Source: Psammoneis japonica
Taxonomy: Eukaryota
Length of the DNA: 64,000 bases
Assembly: GCA_008632985.1 (NCBI GenBank)
Contig: QPGO01000129.1
Coordinates: forward strand, 1 to 64,000
Reading direction: 5' to 3'
In this document: one piece after another, positions 61,932-64,000 of the stretch
Layout of the letters: each line of letters begins with the position of its first letter
Position numbering within the stretch: position 1 is the stretch's first letter
Notes under the pieces: model-generated
Databases searched by the model: none
Seen by the model: the letters and a program-made list of their open reading frames with translations, nothing else
What the model was told of the DNA's origin: nothing
Program-made: the position numbers and the translations under genes

Positions 61932-62786
61932 CTAGCTATCGTCGGTGTCTGATGTGATTCCTTTTGCCAAGTAGATTTCAATGTTGTAGGAGGCATCAGA
62001 AAAGACTCTTTCGACCCCAGACACATACAAAGCATTCTTTAGTTCGTGAATAAATGTATCAATGCCGTCTCCGTTGCGTCGCTCCACACTAGTCAGCATT
62101 ACAGTCTGAGGATTGGTACGCAGCAGCTCATCCATTACGTCAATCAACAACTTCCAACTGTTTCCGTAAAGAGGTTCATAGACACAGTCGCAGTTGAGAC
62201 AAATATCAAATCCATTTGAGTGAGACGTATCTTTGAGTAATTCTCGTATACAGTCTCTAGACCACTGCAGCGGCCTGACGGAAATGGCACTGTCACCTGA
62301 AAAGTTGTCTTGCACATTTTTCTCTAGCTGAGACATTATGGATTCTTGATCCGTCAAACAGACATTGTTGGCTATTCCTAATTGGTACGCCACCATTCCT
62401 GGTACACCCAACCCACAACCGAGCTCCAACAGAGATGTAGTTTTATTACTGGAGGATGGCATGTAATTCTTTTGCAAGTAATCAATCGCACAGATCGACG
62501 CGTGCCAAACTCGAGTTCCAGCCCAACCCGCACCATCAAAAATCGGAGCTAAATCCGCTGGTTCCAGCAGTGTCGACAGTGTCAATGTTTTTCTCTGGCT
62601 CCGCCATTTCAAACGTATACCCTCCTCTAGTCCATCATCATTCCGTATCGATTCAAGGTTTATCATTCTCAAGTACACATCTTGCTCACCATCATGATGC
62701 TCGCAAATGTTCTCCTCGGTTTCTGTGTGCTCTGATTCAACCATAGCTCCATCTGTATTGGTGATATTGGGTGCCAAAGACGACAT
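61932..62786 (-). CDS. SAM-dependent lysine methyltransferase (Methyltransf_16/METTL21-like)
   Basis: WAGTRVWHAS, LLELGCGLGVPG, CLTDQ, LQW, FDICLNCDCVYEP. Confidence 0.9.
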   Translation of the reverse strand: MSSLAPNITNTDGAMVESEHTETEENICEHHDGEQDVYLRMINLESIRNDDGLEEGIRLKWRSQRKTLTLSTLLEPADLAPIFDGAGWAGTRVWHASICAIDYLQKNYMPSSSNKTTSLLELGCGLGVPGMVAYQLGIANNVCLTDQESIMSQLEKNVQDNFSGDSAISVRPLQWSRDCIRELLKDTSHSNGFDICLNCDCVYEPLYGNSWKLLIDVMDELLRTNPQTVMLTSVERRNGDGIDTFIHELKNALYVSGVERVFSDASYNIEIYLAKGITSDTDDS

Positions 62787-63040
62787 GATACTCGCGCATT
62801 AGGAGCAAAAGACAACAAGGACGCTGATTCAATGGGCCATACGCTTCCGACGCCATGGCCGTTTTTCTTTTCCTGCGCGCTGCGCCAATGAGGTCGACAG
62901 CCGGCCAGGCGAGATTGGTGGCGGTTTGGGACTTAAACGCGACTCCAAGAACACGTCACATTTTCGGCGTTTTTTATCTATCCGCTTCGCGGTTCAACTC
63001 TATTATCACTACCATCTCTCATTTATTCACCGGGTTTACG

Positions 63041-63568
63041 ATGATTCAACTAACAATGACATCCCCACGAAACATTCTTTTGCTTTCCTTTGCGTTGCTG
63101 GCGTTGGTGTCAAGTGCTGCAGGCTTGTCCGTCGCCAACAGCAAAGTCAAAGCCACGACTCTTCCGAAACTTGATCCGGCAACGTCCAAGTATGCGCCAC
63201 CGCCAAACATCTCGTCTTTGCAATTTTACTCGCCCGTGTCCACGTTGATTCGAGCTGGTCCAGTGCCCTTTGTGACACGCTTGACGCAACCGGATAAATA
63301 CGAACAGGCAGTATGGAAGTACATGGTGGATGCCAAGGAAACCTCGCTTCAAACGGCACAGGGCAACATGGATGCTTTTTTCGCGGCGCCTGACGTGTGG
63401 GTTGAACAGAAATTGTCGGAACAGCAAGGAAAAAGAGAAGTCTATGACTACGGGAAGGATGTGGAGCCGGCACGAATCGCCTTGGCTAGCATTTGGGGCG
63501 GATTTGTAGTGATATTAGCAAGTCGTGTCTTTTGGCAGCTCATACACGGCAACCGAAACTTGTTTTAG
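63041..63568 (+). CDS. Hypothetical protein with signal/plastid-type leader and C-terminal TM
   Basis: Signal peptide; GPVPFVTRL..PDKYEQAVWKYM..AQGNMDAFF..PDVW; start 63041 or 63056. Confidence 0.75.
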   Translation: MIQLTMTSPRNILLLSFALLALVSSAAGLSVANSKVKATTLPKLDPATSKYAPPPNISSLQFYSPVSTLIRAGPVPFVTRLTQPDKYEQAVWKYMVDAKETSLQTAQGNMDAFFAAPDVWVEQKLSEQQGKREVYDYGKDVEPARIALASIWGGFVVILASRVFWQLIHGNRNLF

Positions 63569-63772
63569 AGGACTTGTAGTGATTTATTTGGATCGTGTCT
63601 TTTTGCAGCTCATGCACCGCAACCGCAACTTGTTTTACAGCAAAAATGAATTACTACGATAATGTGCCCGCAGGAATTGCCTTTGCTAGCGCCATTTGAG
63701 GCTATGATTCGTGGTGTATTAGTCGTGTCTATTGGCAACCGAAACATGCTCCACTGATAAAAGCAATTAGTT

Positions 63773-63871
63773 GAATGCTAACCGATGCATACGTCATTTA
63801 CTTTCCTTACGCCAGATAGCTTATTCACTTTTTGCCTGGAAAGTCAATAATGTATGCATCGGTTAGCATTC
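63773..63871. repeat. Inverted repeat/hairpin
   Basis: Perfect 20-bp arms GAATGCTAACCGATGCATAC (63773-63792) and GTATGCATCGGTTAGCATTC (63852-63871), extendable to ~34 bp around a ~31-nt loop. Confidence 0.85.
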
Positions 63872-64000
63872 TATTACTACGTACTATGTACACTATCGAC
63901 GCCAAACATTGCCTCGGTCTTTCCATTCCAGAGGTCTCAACGGGCTTGGCGATACTGTACTGTTTCCCTCTGGGGCGTGGCCTTTCCAATTTTGCCCGAC

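Noticed and set aside
1..64000. CRISPR arrays, rRNA or tRNA genes
   Set aside because: No repeat-spacer periodicity or recognisable RNA-gene motifs seen by eye; a tRNA could have been missed

Overview
Eukaryotic, intron-containing DNA, most likely a pennate diatom. This is inferred from bipartite plastid-targeting leaders, diatom-type gene families, CoDi-like copia remnants and ~70-130 bp GT-AG introns. About 60% of the window is compact gene-rich DNA: CPSF2, a DEG/ENaC channel, WDR76-like, JmjC, PDZ protein, LIN37-like, AlkB-family, DUF3110, Abitram-like, MYND, sulfatase, BI-1, a mannitol-dehydrogenase-family/uronate-isomerase fusion, G-beta and a methyltransferase. The other ~40% forms five sharply bounded domains (1-503, ~9170-18830, ~30840-38930, ~50170-53280, ~54850-60170) of transposon remnants and dead gene duplicates. 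In these domains TpA is almost erased and CpG is depleted, and both are converted to TpG/CpA. Alignments within the window show TA->TG and TA->CA substitutions (A->G on either strand, with an apparent preference for TAY). This points to a repeat-targeted hypermutation process running in the opposite direction to fungal RIP, and it is the main finding. The hundreds of short Cys/His-rich, Tyr-free ORFs in these domains are by-products. All dinucleotide counts are hand counts and approximate.
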